DNA of 24,803 bases, from NCBI GenBank assembly GCA_016840465.1, contig JAEOSH010000028.1, positions 1-24,803 on the forward strand, read 5' to 3'. This document shows, piece after piece, positions 16,442 through 24,803 of this stretch. Origin of the DNA: Candidatus Baldrarchaeum yapensis (GTDB lineage: Archaea > Asgardarchaeota > Baldrarchaeia > Baldrarchaeales > Baldrarchaeaceae). Position 1 is the stretch's first letter. The number at the start of each line of letters is the position of its first letter. The position numbers were made by a program, and so were the translations under genes. The notes beneath the pieces are model-generated. The model was not told where the DNA came from. It was given only the letters and a program-made list of their open reading frames with translations, and did not search any database.

Positions 16442-18067
16442 ATGTTAACGCTAAGGCAAGAATCTCTGACGGCGGAAGCCTGCAGAGAAATACTAAAGGA
16501 ATTGTTAGAGAAGGGAATATTTGATGAACAAGGAATAAATAGGCTAAAGAGGAGAATATGCAAAAAATACGGCTTGAAAAAAGTTCCCACGAATGCTGAC
16601 CTCCTGTCTTACGCATCCCCACAAGAGAGAGATAAGTTGCTGAGAATACTGAGATTAAAGCCCGTAAGGACCATCTCCGGGATTGCGGTAGTTGCAGTAA
16701 TGGCCAAACCTTTCCCATGCCCCCATGGAAAGTGTATTTATTGTCCAGGAGGTCCAAACTCCGTTTTTGGAGATGTTCCGCAGAGTTATACTGGAAGAGA
16801 GCCAGCTACTATGAGGGCTCTGAACAACAACTTTGACCCCTATCTTCAGGTGAAAAGCCGCATCGAGCAACTCATGAGAATAGGACATACTGTCGATAAG
16901 GTAGAATTGATAATCATGGGTGGAACATTCCCCGCCACGCCGCTTGAGTATCAGGAGCATTTTGTCAAGAGATGCTTGGACGCAATAACTGGTGTTGATT
17001 CTAGGGATCTGGAAGAAGCGAAAAAGTTCGCTGAAGCATCAAAAATTAGAGTCACTGGTATAACTGTTGAAACAAGACCGGATTATTGCAAGGAGAAACA
17101 TATAGATGAAATGCTCAGAATGGGAGTAACAAGAGTAGAAGTGGGTGTACAGACAATATATGATGAGATTTACCAGATGATTCGTCGGGGACATACGGTT
17201 AAAGACGTCATTGAGGCCACACGTCAGCTGAAGGATTCTGGGCTAAAGGTCACTTATCATCTCATGCCTGGACTTCCAGGCTCTGACGTTGATAGAGATT
17301 TTGAGATGTTCAAGGAAGTTTTTTCAAATCCAGATTTTAAGCCAGATGAGTTGAAGATATACCCCACCCTCGTGATAAGAGGTACTGAACTATATGAAAT
17401 GTGGAGAGAAGGAAAATACTCTCCGCTGGATGAAGAAACTCTCATAGATTTGCTTGTTAGGATTAAGAGAGAAGTAATTCCGAGATATGTTAGAATAAAG
17501 AGGATAATGAGGGATATACCGGCGAACGTGATATCTGCTGGTCCCAAGAAAGGTAATTTACGTGAGCTCGTATTAAGACGATTATTGCGGATGGGTCTGC
17601 GTTGTCGGTGCATACGTTGCAGAGAGGTGGGCCATGTTAAAGCAAAATTCGGTTTAGTTCCATCGTGGGACAATATAAGATTGATCACACTCGAATATGA
17701 AGCATCTGAAGGCACCGAGGTCTTCATTTCGTACGAAGACGTTACAAAGGACATATTAATAGGATTTCTAAGGCTTAGAATTCCCTCGGAGCATGCGCAC
17801 AGACCCGAAATTAAGGGAAAAAGGGCAGCATTAGTAAGGGAACTCCATGTATACGGCCCATCTGTTGCACTTCATAAGGAGCCGAGTGAAGATGAATGGC
17901 AGCACAGGGGCTTTGGTAGAAACTTACTTAAGGAGGCGGAGAGGATAGCCTTAGAGGAATTCGATGTGAAGAAGATTCTCGTAACTAGCGGGATAGGGGT
18001 TCGCGAATATTACTATACATTGGGTTATAAGCCAGATGGGCCCTATGTATCTAAGACCCTGAGGTGA
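16442..18067 (+). CDS. elp3: Elp3 tRNA U34 carboxymethyltransferase (radical SAM + GNAT)
   Basis: KPVRTISG, CPHGKCIYCPGG (CX4CX2C), PQSYTG.EPA, MGGTF, ETRPD, KIYPTLV, RELHVYG and WQHRGFG. Confidence 0.97.
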   Translation: MLTLRQESLTAEACREILKELLEKGIFDEQGINRLKRRICKKYGLKKVPTNADLLSYASPQERDKLLRILRLKPVRTISGIAVVAVMAKPFPCPHGKCIYCPGGPNSVFGDVPQSYTGREPATMRALNNNFDPYLQVKSRIEQLMRIGHTVDKVELIIMGGTFPATPLEYQEHFVKRCLDAITGVDSRDLEEAKKFAEASKIRVTGITVETRPDYCKEKHIDEMLRMGVTRVEVGVQTIYDEIYQMIRRGHTVKDVIEATRQLKDSGLKVTYHLMPGLPGSDVDRDFEMFKEVFSNPDFKPDELKIYPTLVIRGTELYEMWREGKYSPLDEETLIDLLVRIKREVIPRYVRIKRIMRDIPANVISAGPKKGNLRELVLRRLLRMGLRCRCIRCREVGHVKAKFGLVPSWDNIRLITLEYEASEGTEVFISYEDVTKDILIGFLRLRIPSEHAHRPEIKGKRAALVRELHVYGPSVALHKEPSEDEWQHRGFGRNLLKEAERIALEEFDVKKILVTSGIGVREYYYTLGYKPDGPYVSKTLR

Positions 18068-18072
18068 AAGGT

Positions 18073-19458
18073 ATGCCCGAGGAGGATCCACTTAAGGGCT
18101 ATCGCGGGAAGGCACGTCAAATTCTGGAGAAATTTGGTGTGAAAGTTTGGAGTGTTGTTGAAATAACGACGAAAAAAGCCGTCTTGCGTGGTATAATTCT
18201 ACCAAGGTATGAATATGCGGACGATAAGCACATCACGCTAAAGCTTCCGACCGGATACAATATAGGAATAGATGTTGCGGAAATTCTGAATATTAAAGAG
18301 ATCGGATACGAGCCGGGAGAGTACAAGCTTCCAAAACCGGAAGTCTTACCCGATAAATCAAAACCGAGAATTCCATTCCTCGGATGTGGGGGAACGATTG
18401 CATGTAGACTTGATTACAGAAGTGGAGCGGTCATTCCGGCGTTGACCCCTGAAGAGCTGTACAGTATGGTGAGTGAACTCGTTGAAATAGCGTATGTCGA
18501 ACCTCGTCTCCTCTTCTCACTATTAAGTGAAAACATGAGACCCGAATATTGGGTAAAAATAGCAGAGGAGGTTGCTAAAGAAATAAATGAGCGAGGAGCG
18601 CACGGCGTAGTACTTGCTCATGGGACTGATACCATGAGTTTCACGTCTGCTGCCTTATCCTTTATGTTAAGAAATTTGCCCGTTCCGGTCGTGATGGTCG
18701 GATCTCAGAGAAGCAGTGATAGGCCGTCAAGTGATGCAGCGATAAACTTAATAAATGCCGTCACCGTTGCCGCAAAGAGCGACATAGCGGAAGTTACGGT
18801 GTGTATGCACGGAACAAGCAGCGACAATTACTCGTTAATACATAGAGGGACGAGAGTTAGAAAGATGCACTCGTCACGCAGAGACGCCTTCCGAACAATA
18901 GGTGACATTCCGCTGGGTATGGTAAGTAATGGGAAAATCATAATGTTCACGAATAAGTATAGGAGGAGAACTGACGGCGAAGTTGTGGCTGATGTGAAGT
19001 ATGAGCCTAAGGTCTCATTGCTGTACTCGTATCCCGGTTTTGATCCTGAAATAATAGACTTTCTTGTGGATAAGGGCTACAAGGGAATAGTGTTTGCAGG
19101 CACGGGTCTCGGACATGTCGGGGACTATCTCTTTGACTCAATACGACGGGCAATAGAGGAGGGGGTGTTCATCGTAATGACCACTCAGTGCCTCTGGGGA
19201 TTTGTAGGAATGAACGTTTATGAGACGGGGAGAACCCTTCTAAGAATGGGCGTTATTCCCGGTCATAACATGCTACCGGAGGTTGCATACGTAAAATTGA
19301 TGTGGGTACTGGGACACACAACAAACCCCGATGAGGTAAGGAAACTTATTCAAACAAACATTGCAGGTGAGATAACCGAAGGGGAGCCATATAACGGCTA
19401 TGTGGTTCTGCAGGGAGGAATTCCCGAGGTTGACAAACTAATAGAAAAAATGTTATAG
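18073..19458 (+). CDS. gatD: Glu-tRNA(Gln) amidotransferase subunit D
   Basis: N-terminal KL..GYNIGI domain, GGTIA.R.DYRSGAV, SENM, HGTDTM, GSQRSSDRPSSD, RKMHSSRRDAF. The SD GAGGTGA overlaps the elp3 stop; alternative GTG start at 18064. Confidence 0.97.
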   Translation: MPEEDPLKGYRGKARQILEKFGVKVWSVVEITTKKAVLRGIILPRYEYADDKHITLKLPTGYNIGIDVAEILNIKEIGYEPGEYKLPKPEVLPDKSKPRIPFLGCGGTIACRLDYRSGAVIPALTPEELYSMVSELVEIAYVEPRLLFSLLSENMRPEYWVKIAEEVAKEINERGAHGVVLAHGTDTMSFTSAALSFMLRNLPVPVVMVGSQRSSDRPSSDAAINLINAVTVAAKSDIAEVTVCMHGTSSDNYSLIHRGTRVRKMHSSRRDAFRTIGDIPLGMVSNGKIIMFTNKYRRRTDGEVVADVKYEPKVSLLYSYPGFDPEIIDFLVDKGYKGIVFAGTGLGHVGDYLFDSIRRAIEEGVFIVMTTQCLWGFVGMNVYETGRTLLRMGVIPGHNMLPEVAYVKLMWVLGHTTNPDEVRKLIQTNIAGEITEGEPYNGYVVLQGGIPEVDKLIEKML

Positions 19459-21399
19459 TTTTTTGAGGACTTCGTCTATTTTTCGCTTTAAGACCTCACT
19501 GACGGTTTTTCCATCTATTTTTCCTCTCACGACCCTCATAACATCTCCCATGAGAGGCTTAAAGGCCCTTTCTCTGCGCGATTTTATTAGTTCTATGTTC
19601 TTCGAAACTATCTCATCAACTATTCTCTCCAGTTCCTCCAAAGACATAGCCCTTACTCCGGCCATTCTCAAAACGTCGTCTATTGGAATATCCGGATTCT
19701 TCGCCCAATGAGTGAGTATTTCCGGTATTGCCTCCTTTGCAAATCTTCCCATTGCTAAGTATTCAAATAACTTCCTGAAGTGGCTATCAGTCAGATTCTC
19801 GACCGGAATGCCATCTCTACTCAGCGCTTTAGTTGTCTGTAATAGTGTTGTTGCAACAATCATGGAAGGTACTTTGTATTCCCTGATTACCTCCTCAAAT
19901 AAGTCCGCGAATCCCTCTTTTACTAACTCTTCGGCAAATTGTTCATCTATTTCGTATTCCTTAGCTAACCTCTTTATTCGATCCCAAGGAGGCTCCGGCA
20001 AAGATTTCCTTATCTTATCTATGCGATCTTCCGGGAGGGGAATGGGAGGCATATCAGTATCGGGGTATAACCTAGCCTGCCCGTGAAGTTCTCTTTGGAA
20101 AGATGAGGTTCCGTCTTCATGCACACCTCGGGTCTCACTGGGTACTCCTCGTATTGCTATGCGTGCCCTCTCAACTACATACCTTAGCGCCCTGATGCAC
20201 TCATCGGCATCCCCAGCAACAATGACAACGGCATCTTGTTCTCCCTTTTGTACAATTTTAAAGAGTTTCTGTAGTTCCTCATCAGATATGCCGTAATCTT
20301 TGAGGTTTTCATCCGTATGAAGAATTCCCCTTAACGTAGTATATGCTTTAACTCTATCTGCAAGCTCGGTGCCGAATCTGCGATTCGGTTGGATCTCCCA
20401 CCCAAGAATTCCTGCAAATCCTTTCAACTTCACAGCATACACTTTTCCACCCGATTTTATTACTCTCTTAATGATCTTGCTCTTCGTGTTCTTGAAGACA
20501 TCGGTTACGTCGAAGAAGTCTTCCTTCAGATCCTCCTCTTTCACCCCTCTCTTGGTCAACTCATCTCTAATCTTCAGAAGTTCCAACTGCCTTGCTATTT
20601 CCATATCTATCGCAACTGGTATCATCTCGAGTAATTGTATCCCTTTTAATTCAACTCTAGCTCCTCCCTCTATGCTCACGTTTATATCCTGCCTTATTGT
20701 ACCAAGTCCTCGTCGCGTTTTCCCTGACGCTCTTAATAGTAAACCTATTCTTCTTGCAGCCTCCACAACCTCTTCGGGTGTCCGCATATCGGGTGCCGTC
20801 ACTATTTCCACGAGCGGTATGCCCAATCTATCGAGTTTGTAGTATATCGTCTTACCCTTACTCTTTTCATCATCTTTTCGTGCGGCGTCTTCCTCCAAGT
20901 ATACATACTGTATCCCAATTTTCTTCCCATTTATTGGAACGTAGCCGTTAATTCCAATCAGCATCGTTCTTTGAAAACCACAAGGTACCGATCCGTCTAG
21001 ATAATTCTTTCTGCATACGTGGATTTCATCCACTATGTCGCAGTTCAAAAGCAAACTTATCAGAATGGCGATATCAACTGCCTCATCCGATGGCGGAAAC
21101 GGCGGGGTCTCATCAAGTTCATACGTGCATGTTGTGTCATTCCAACCTTCATAGATGATCGTCAGTCCCTTTTCGTATTCACGTAGCATTGCCTTATCAA
21201 ATTCTCCCAACTCCGACATTACAGGTCTAAAGAACCTCTTTATGTAAAAATGTGGCTCGTCGGTTCTCAACTGCGCCGGACATCTGCAGAACAATTTTGT
21301 CTTAGTATCTAACTGAGCGTGTATTTCGAGCCCCGCCTTGAACCCCAACTTTTCATAATCAAACTTTGAGGATCTTGTGGATGAAATCTTCTGCCCCAT
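19453..21399 (-). CDS. gatE: Glu-tRNA(Gln) amidotransferase subunit E
   Basis: DYEKLGFKAGLEIHAQL.TKTKLFC, LEEDAAR, LDRLGIPLVEI, GLGTIRQDIN, an AspRS-like insert (GTELADR, GILHTDE) and RLYPDTD. Confidence 0.97.
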   Translation of the reverse strand: MGQKISSTRSSKFDYEKLGFKAGLEIHAQLDTKTKLFCRCPAQLRTDEPHFYIKRFFRPVMSELGEFDKAMLREYEKGLTIIYEGWNDTTCTYELDETPPFPPSDEAVDIAILISLLLNCDIVDEIHVCRKNYLDGSVPCGFQRTMLIGINGYVPINGKKIGIQYVYLEEDAARKDDEKSKGKTIYYKLDRLGIPLVEIVTAPDMRTPEEVVEAARRIGLLLRASGKTRRGLGTIRQDINVSIEGGARVELKGIQLLEMIPVAIDMEIARQLELLKIRDELTKRGVKEEDLKEDFFDVTDVFKNTKSKIIKRVIKSGGKVYAVKLKGFAGILGWEIQPNRRFGTELADRVKAYTTLRGILHTDENLKDYGISDEELQKLFKIVQKGEQDAVVIVAGDADECIRALRYVVERARIAIRGVPSETRGVHEDGTSSFQRELHGQARLYPDTDMPPIPLPEDRIDKIRKSLPEPPWDRIKRLAKEYEIDEQFAEELVKEGFADLFEEVIREYKVPSMIVATTLLQTTKALSRDGIPVENLTDSHFRKLFEYLAMGRFAKEAIPEILTHWAKNPDIPIDDVLRMAGVRAMSLEELERIVDEIVSKNIELIKSRRERAFKPLMGDVMRVVRGKIDGKTVSEVLKRKIDEVLKKL

Positions 21400-21420
21400 T
21401 TGCAATCATCTCATGCAGTT

Positions 21421-22383
21421 TTATTCGAGAAACTCGACCTCGTCAATAATACCATCACTGTCCTCATCTATTCCCCTAACAACTCTTGCACAGATACTGG
21501 GATTATAAAAATTCCCTTTTACGACTTCCCTATACCGCTTAGTTATCGCCAAAATTGCTGCCCTTGTCCCCCAGTGCCTCTTCCCTGCAAGTACCATCAT
21601 TGAGGTGCGCCCATCCGGATCAAATGGATTTCTTATCTTCATAACGACGCCGCACTCATCCTCATAGTAAACCTTTCCCGAAATTGTTGAAATGATACAT
21701 CCATCTCGCGAAAGGTCAAATCTCAGTGGTATTTTCTCGTTGATCCTATGTACTAGCGTGTTAACTCTCGGTCCTCCAATGAGTATTAGATTTCTCGTTA
21801 AGTCCTCAGTTCTAATCTCTGTATCCAATTTTATGGAGATCTTGCAAGAATCTCCGAGCAGAGATCCTAGGAAAAATGCAAGTTCGGCAGCATAGTGACC
21901 GTCCTTTGCTTGACTCCTAAATGGGCCGTGAACATCCGGACTTCCAACAACTATGATTGCACATGGTTGCTGATGTGATAAATACTCGTTAAAGAGTTTC
22001 TTTGTTGCCTCGTCAAGTGCCCTCATGGGCATTTTTATCTGTTTATCCTCCGAAAGCGCGCCTATCTTTATTACAAATGCTGATGCGACCGGTGCATAGT
22101 ACTTTGCAAGAGTGCCCTTTCTCTCCTTAACATCCACAATTTTTACCAGCCCAGCATCTTCCAATACCTTCATATGGTAGTAAATTTTCCTCTCATCGAC
22201 CCCTAATGACTTTGCAAGATCCCGTGGACACATAGGCCTCTTCCACAACTCTCTGAGAATTGTTATTCTCAGAGCATTAGAAAGAGCCGCAATGCCCTCA
22301 GCATCCGGTATTACCTTTGCTCTTGTCGAAAAGAGACTTCCATCTCTGTTTTCAACAACATAAACCTGATCCTCGGACGACAA
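21421..22383 (-). CDS. ArsR-family winged-helix regulator with an uncharacterised C-terminal alpha/beta domain
   Basis: LSNALRITILREL...PRDLAKSLG...KIYYHMKVLEDAGLV...AKYY is ArsR-like. The C-terminal part has IIVVGSP, NLILIGGPRVN, NPF and VLAG..HWGTRAA. TTG start follows GAGGGT. Confidence 0.8.
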   Translation of the reverse strand: MSSEDQVYVVENRDGSLFSTRAKVIPDAEGIAALSNALRITILRELWKRPMCPRDLAKSLGVDERKIYYHMKVLEDAGLVKIVDVKERKGTLAKYYAPVASAFVIKIGALSEDKQIKMPMRALDEATKKLFNEYLSHQQPCAIIVVGSPDVHGPFRSQAKDGHYAAELAFFLGSLLGDSCKISIKLDTEIRTEDLTRNLILIGGPRVNTLVHRINEKIPLRFDLSRDGCIISTISGKVYYEDECGVVMKIRNPFDPDGRTSMMVLAGKRHWGTRAAILAITKRYREVVKGNFYNPSICARVVRGIDEDSDGIIDEVEFLE

Positions 22384-22396
22384 GGTGGACCCTCAG

Positions 22397-22432
22397 GTTG
22401 ATGATGTAAACATGTACAAGATGATCATCAAC
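22397..22432. promoter_or_regulatory. inverted repeat GTTGATGAT-N18-ATCATCAAC upstream of the ArsR-like gene
   Basis: 9-bp perfect arms read directly from the sequence, with an inner TGTA/TACA pairing, 14-49 nt upstream of the start codon. Confidence 0.55.
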
Positions 22433-22695
22433 GTTCTAAAAACATTTGGTATGTTTTAAATAAATTGTCAGTAGTCTCCATTAAAAAAGCTCTCCATTTC
22501 AAGACATTACAGCCGAACAGAATGTTTATTTTCTAAAACTGGAAGACTCGCGTTTTTTCGATAGACTTTCTGACTATGGAATTTCTTCCGAAATCGCAAC
22601 AGTATGAGAAATTCCTATTTTCGAACATCTTTTTCGGCAATCCTTATTAAGAAATTGCGCGATCACATCTCCTTGCATTTTGCGGGGAACGAAGA

Positions 22696-24516
22696 ATGTG
22701 CGGCATAATAGGCATAATTTCGACAAACGGAAATGTGTCACGAATGCTAAGGGAATCTCTAAAAAGATTAGAATACCGAGGGTATGATTCTGCAGGAATT
22801 GCCACAATCGCCAATGGAATAATTTTCGTCAAGAAGGATAAGGGAAAGATAGACGAGATCCATAGAATGTTGAACTTTGACAGTCTCCCAGGAAATATTG
22901 GTATCGGACATACCCGATGGGCGACTCATGGACAACCCTCCCGGGAAAACGCGCATCCACACCTCGATTGCAGTGGAATGATTGCCGTAGTGCACAACGG
23001 GATCATAGAAAATTACTTAGAACTAAGAGAGGAATTAAGTAAACTCGGGCATACTTTTAGGTCGGAAACGGATACCGAGGTCATACCGCATCTCATTGAG
23101 GAATTTTTAAAGAGTAACAAATCACTGGAGGAAGCCGTACGTCAGGCGCTTTTGAAAGTGAAAGGATCATTTGCAATCGCAGTAATATCCTCCAAAGAAC
23201 CGGATAAAATTATTTGCGCGAGAAAGGAAAGTCCTCTTTTGATAGGTATAGGAAACTCGCAAATGTTTTGCGCATCTGACATACCAGCAATTCTACCGTA
23301 CACAAGGAACATAATAGTACTCGATGATATGGAAATGGCAGTTTTAACGCCAAATAGCGTTACTATACGTCGTATAGACACCGGAGAGATAGTAAACAAA
23401 GACATTATACAAGTGAGTTGGTCACCGGAAGAGGCTGAGAAGGGAGGATTTCCCCACTTCATGTTAAAGGAAATTCATGAACAGCCACGTGCGATCAGAG
23501 ATACTCTAAGAGTTGACGAGAAGGCGTTAGAAATATTTGTACAGAAGATATTAACTGCAGACAAAATATACTTTGTTGCCGCAGGCACCTCCTATCATGC
23601 CGCGCTGGCGGCAAAGTATATGCTTGCAAAATTGGCTGGCTTGGGTAGCGATGCTATTATAGCATCTGAATTTGAAGAACAGTTTCCCGGAGACTCCTCC
23701 GGAGACTCCGTACTCATAGCGATAAGTCAATCCGGAGAGACGGCAGACACTCTCGTGGCATCAAGAATAGCAAAGAACGCGGGCGTCTGCGTTCTTGCCA
23801 TAGTTAATGTGGTGGGCAGTTCATTGACGAGATTGGCCGATCACGTGCTATATACGAGAGCCGGACCCGAAATAGGAGTAGCGGCCACAAAAACTTTCAC
23901 AACTCAGTTGACATTGCTATCTATGATCGCAGCAAAGGCGGCAAGAGAGAACGGAATGATAGATCTCGATGAATATATCAGATTGAACACCGAACTCAAT
24001 GAGATGCCACGTAAGGTACGTGATGTTATAGAGAGAATAGAAATTAAAGTGAAGCAATTGTCAAAGCATCTTGCGAACTGCAGGAATGCCTTTTACCTCG
24101 GAAGAGGAATCTCCACAGCAACAGCATTGGAAGGCGCGCTGAAAATGAAGGAAATTGCATACATCCATGCCGAAGGTTATCCGGCGGGAGAGTCGAAGCA
24201 TGGGCCAATAGCTCTTGTAGAGCCCGGATTCCCGTGCATATTCGTGGCGCCACCGGACTCAACCTATCATAGTATAATTGGAAACGTGACCGAAATGAAA
24301 GCACGAGGCGCTGAGATAATCGTACTAACATCAAAATCGTGCGATGATGTGATCAAAAATGCCAATACCGCATTAATACTCCCCGAGGTTCACCCGATAC
24401 TATCGCCAATACCATATATAGTCCCGCTTCAACTGCTCGCATACTACACGGCAGTTGAGCGTGGTTATGACCCCGATCGTCCAAGAAACCTGGCGAAAAG
24501 TGTAACAGTCCAGTAA
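22696..24516 (+). CDS. glmS: glutamine-fructose-6-phosphate aminotransferase (isomerizing)
   Basis: MCGII (catalytic Cys), LEYRGYDSAG, GHTRWATHG, HNGIIENY, SETDTEV, SQSGETADT, LEGALK, KHGP and PRNLAKSVTV. Confidence 0.98.
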   Translation: MCGIIGIISTNGNVSRMLRESLKRLEYRGYDSAGIATIANGIIFVKKDKGKIDEIHRMLNFDSLPGNIGIGHTRWATHGQPSRENAHPHLDCSGMIAVVHNGIIENYLELREELSKLGHTFRSETDTEVIPHLIEEFLKSNKSLEEAVRQALLKVKGSFAIAVISSKEPDKIICARKESPLLIGIGNSQMFCASDIPAILPYTRNIIVLDDMEMAVLTPNSVTIRRIDTGEIVNKDIIQVSWSPEEAEKGGFPHFMLKEIHEQPRAIRDTLRVDEKALEIFVQKILTADKIYFVAAGTSYHAALAAKYMLAKLAGLGSDAIIASEFEEQFPGDSSGDSVLIAISQSGETADTLVASRIAKNAGVCVLAIVNVVGSSLTRLADHVLYTRAGPEIGVAATKTFTTQLTLLSMIAAKAARENGMIDLDEYIRLNTELNEMPRKVRDVIERIEIKVKQLSKHLANCRNAFYLGRGISTATALEGALKMKEIAYIHAEGYPAGESKHGPIALVEPGFPCIFVAPPDSTYHSIIGNVTEMKARGAEIIVLTSKSCDDVIKNANTALILPEVHPILSPIPYIVPLQLLAYYTAVERGYDPDRPRNLAKSVTVQ

Positions 24517-24803
24517 TTTAAACTCTTGACAAATTTGTTTGGAGATATCAGCGTGTATATGATTTCTTTTTCGGATAAATACTACCTTACGTTCCGATAT
24601 TCTTTGTAAATACTCGTAATCATCGCTCGATTTATACCCCTGCAGAAAAACATTAGTATATGCGCATGAAAATTGTTAATGAAGCCACTGTACGTCATAT
24701 AGTCGATTGTGATGATACCGCGTTATATGGGAACGGGGATTAACATGTGGAGAATATATCGGCCTGATGCAATTCTAGTTTGGAGAGATGAGGAAGTGAA
24801 AAG

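Noticed and set aside
22384-22695. glmS ribozyme upstream of glmS
   Set aside because: That RNA is known from bacteria, and I see no matching conserved core; only an Rfam scan could overturn this.
24517-24803. Short frames after glmS (MKIVNEATV... at 24666, MWRIYRPD... at 24745, and a minus-strand frame)
   Set aside because: They are too short or cut by the window end. The faint nucleotidyltransferase-like words (GEYIGL) are insufficient for a call.

Overview
Archaeal genomic DNA (GatDE, archaeal Elp3, a Pyrococcus-FOR-like tungsten oxidoreductase, TATA/BRE promoters). MIT/longin- and uDENN-like proteins suggest an Asgard-like, probably thermophilic lineage (inference). Bases 1-19 are an untrimmed Tn5/Nextera mosaic-end adapter, so this is a contig end and the first gene is 5'-truncated. 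That gene is the most striking: an EF-G/LepA/TetM-like translation-factor body (G5 motif, domains II-V) fused to an apparently intact YqgF/RuvX RNase-H-fold nuclease and an unknown C-terminal domain. Next come a YfcE phosphoesterase, a MIT-longin fusion, moaC, a uDENN/longin-like gene, an RHH + V4R/TRAPP-like regulator, a small membrane protein, OsmC, a decayed acyl-CoA ligase, an SCP2 protein and a KaiC-like ATPase. A GC-rich mobile-element scar follows: an IS607 tnpA/tnpB remnant abutting a 1056-bp DDE IS with 20-bp perfect TIRs. The right half is ordinary metabolism and translation: for-moaD-MBL hydrolase, an LLM oxidoreductase, HDAC-elp3-gatD, a convergent gatE, an ArsR-like regulator and glmS. 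No rRNA, tRNA or CRISPR array was recognised. All assignments come from motif recognition by eye; no searches were run.
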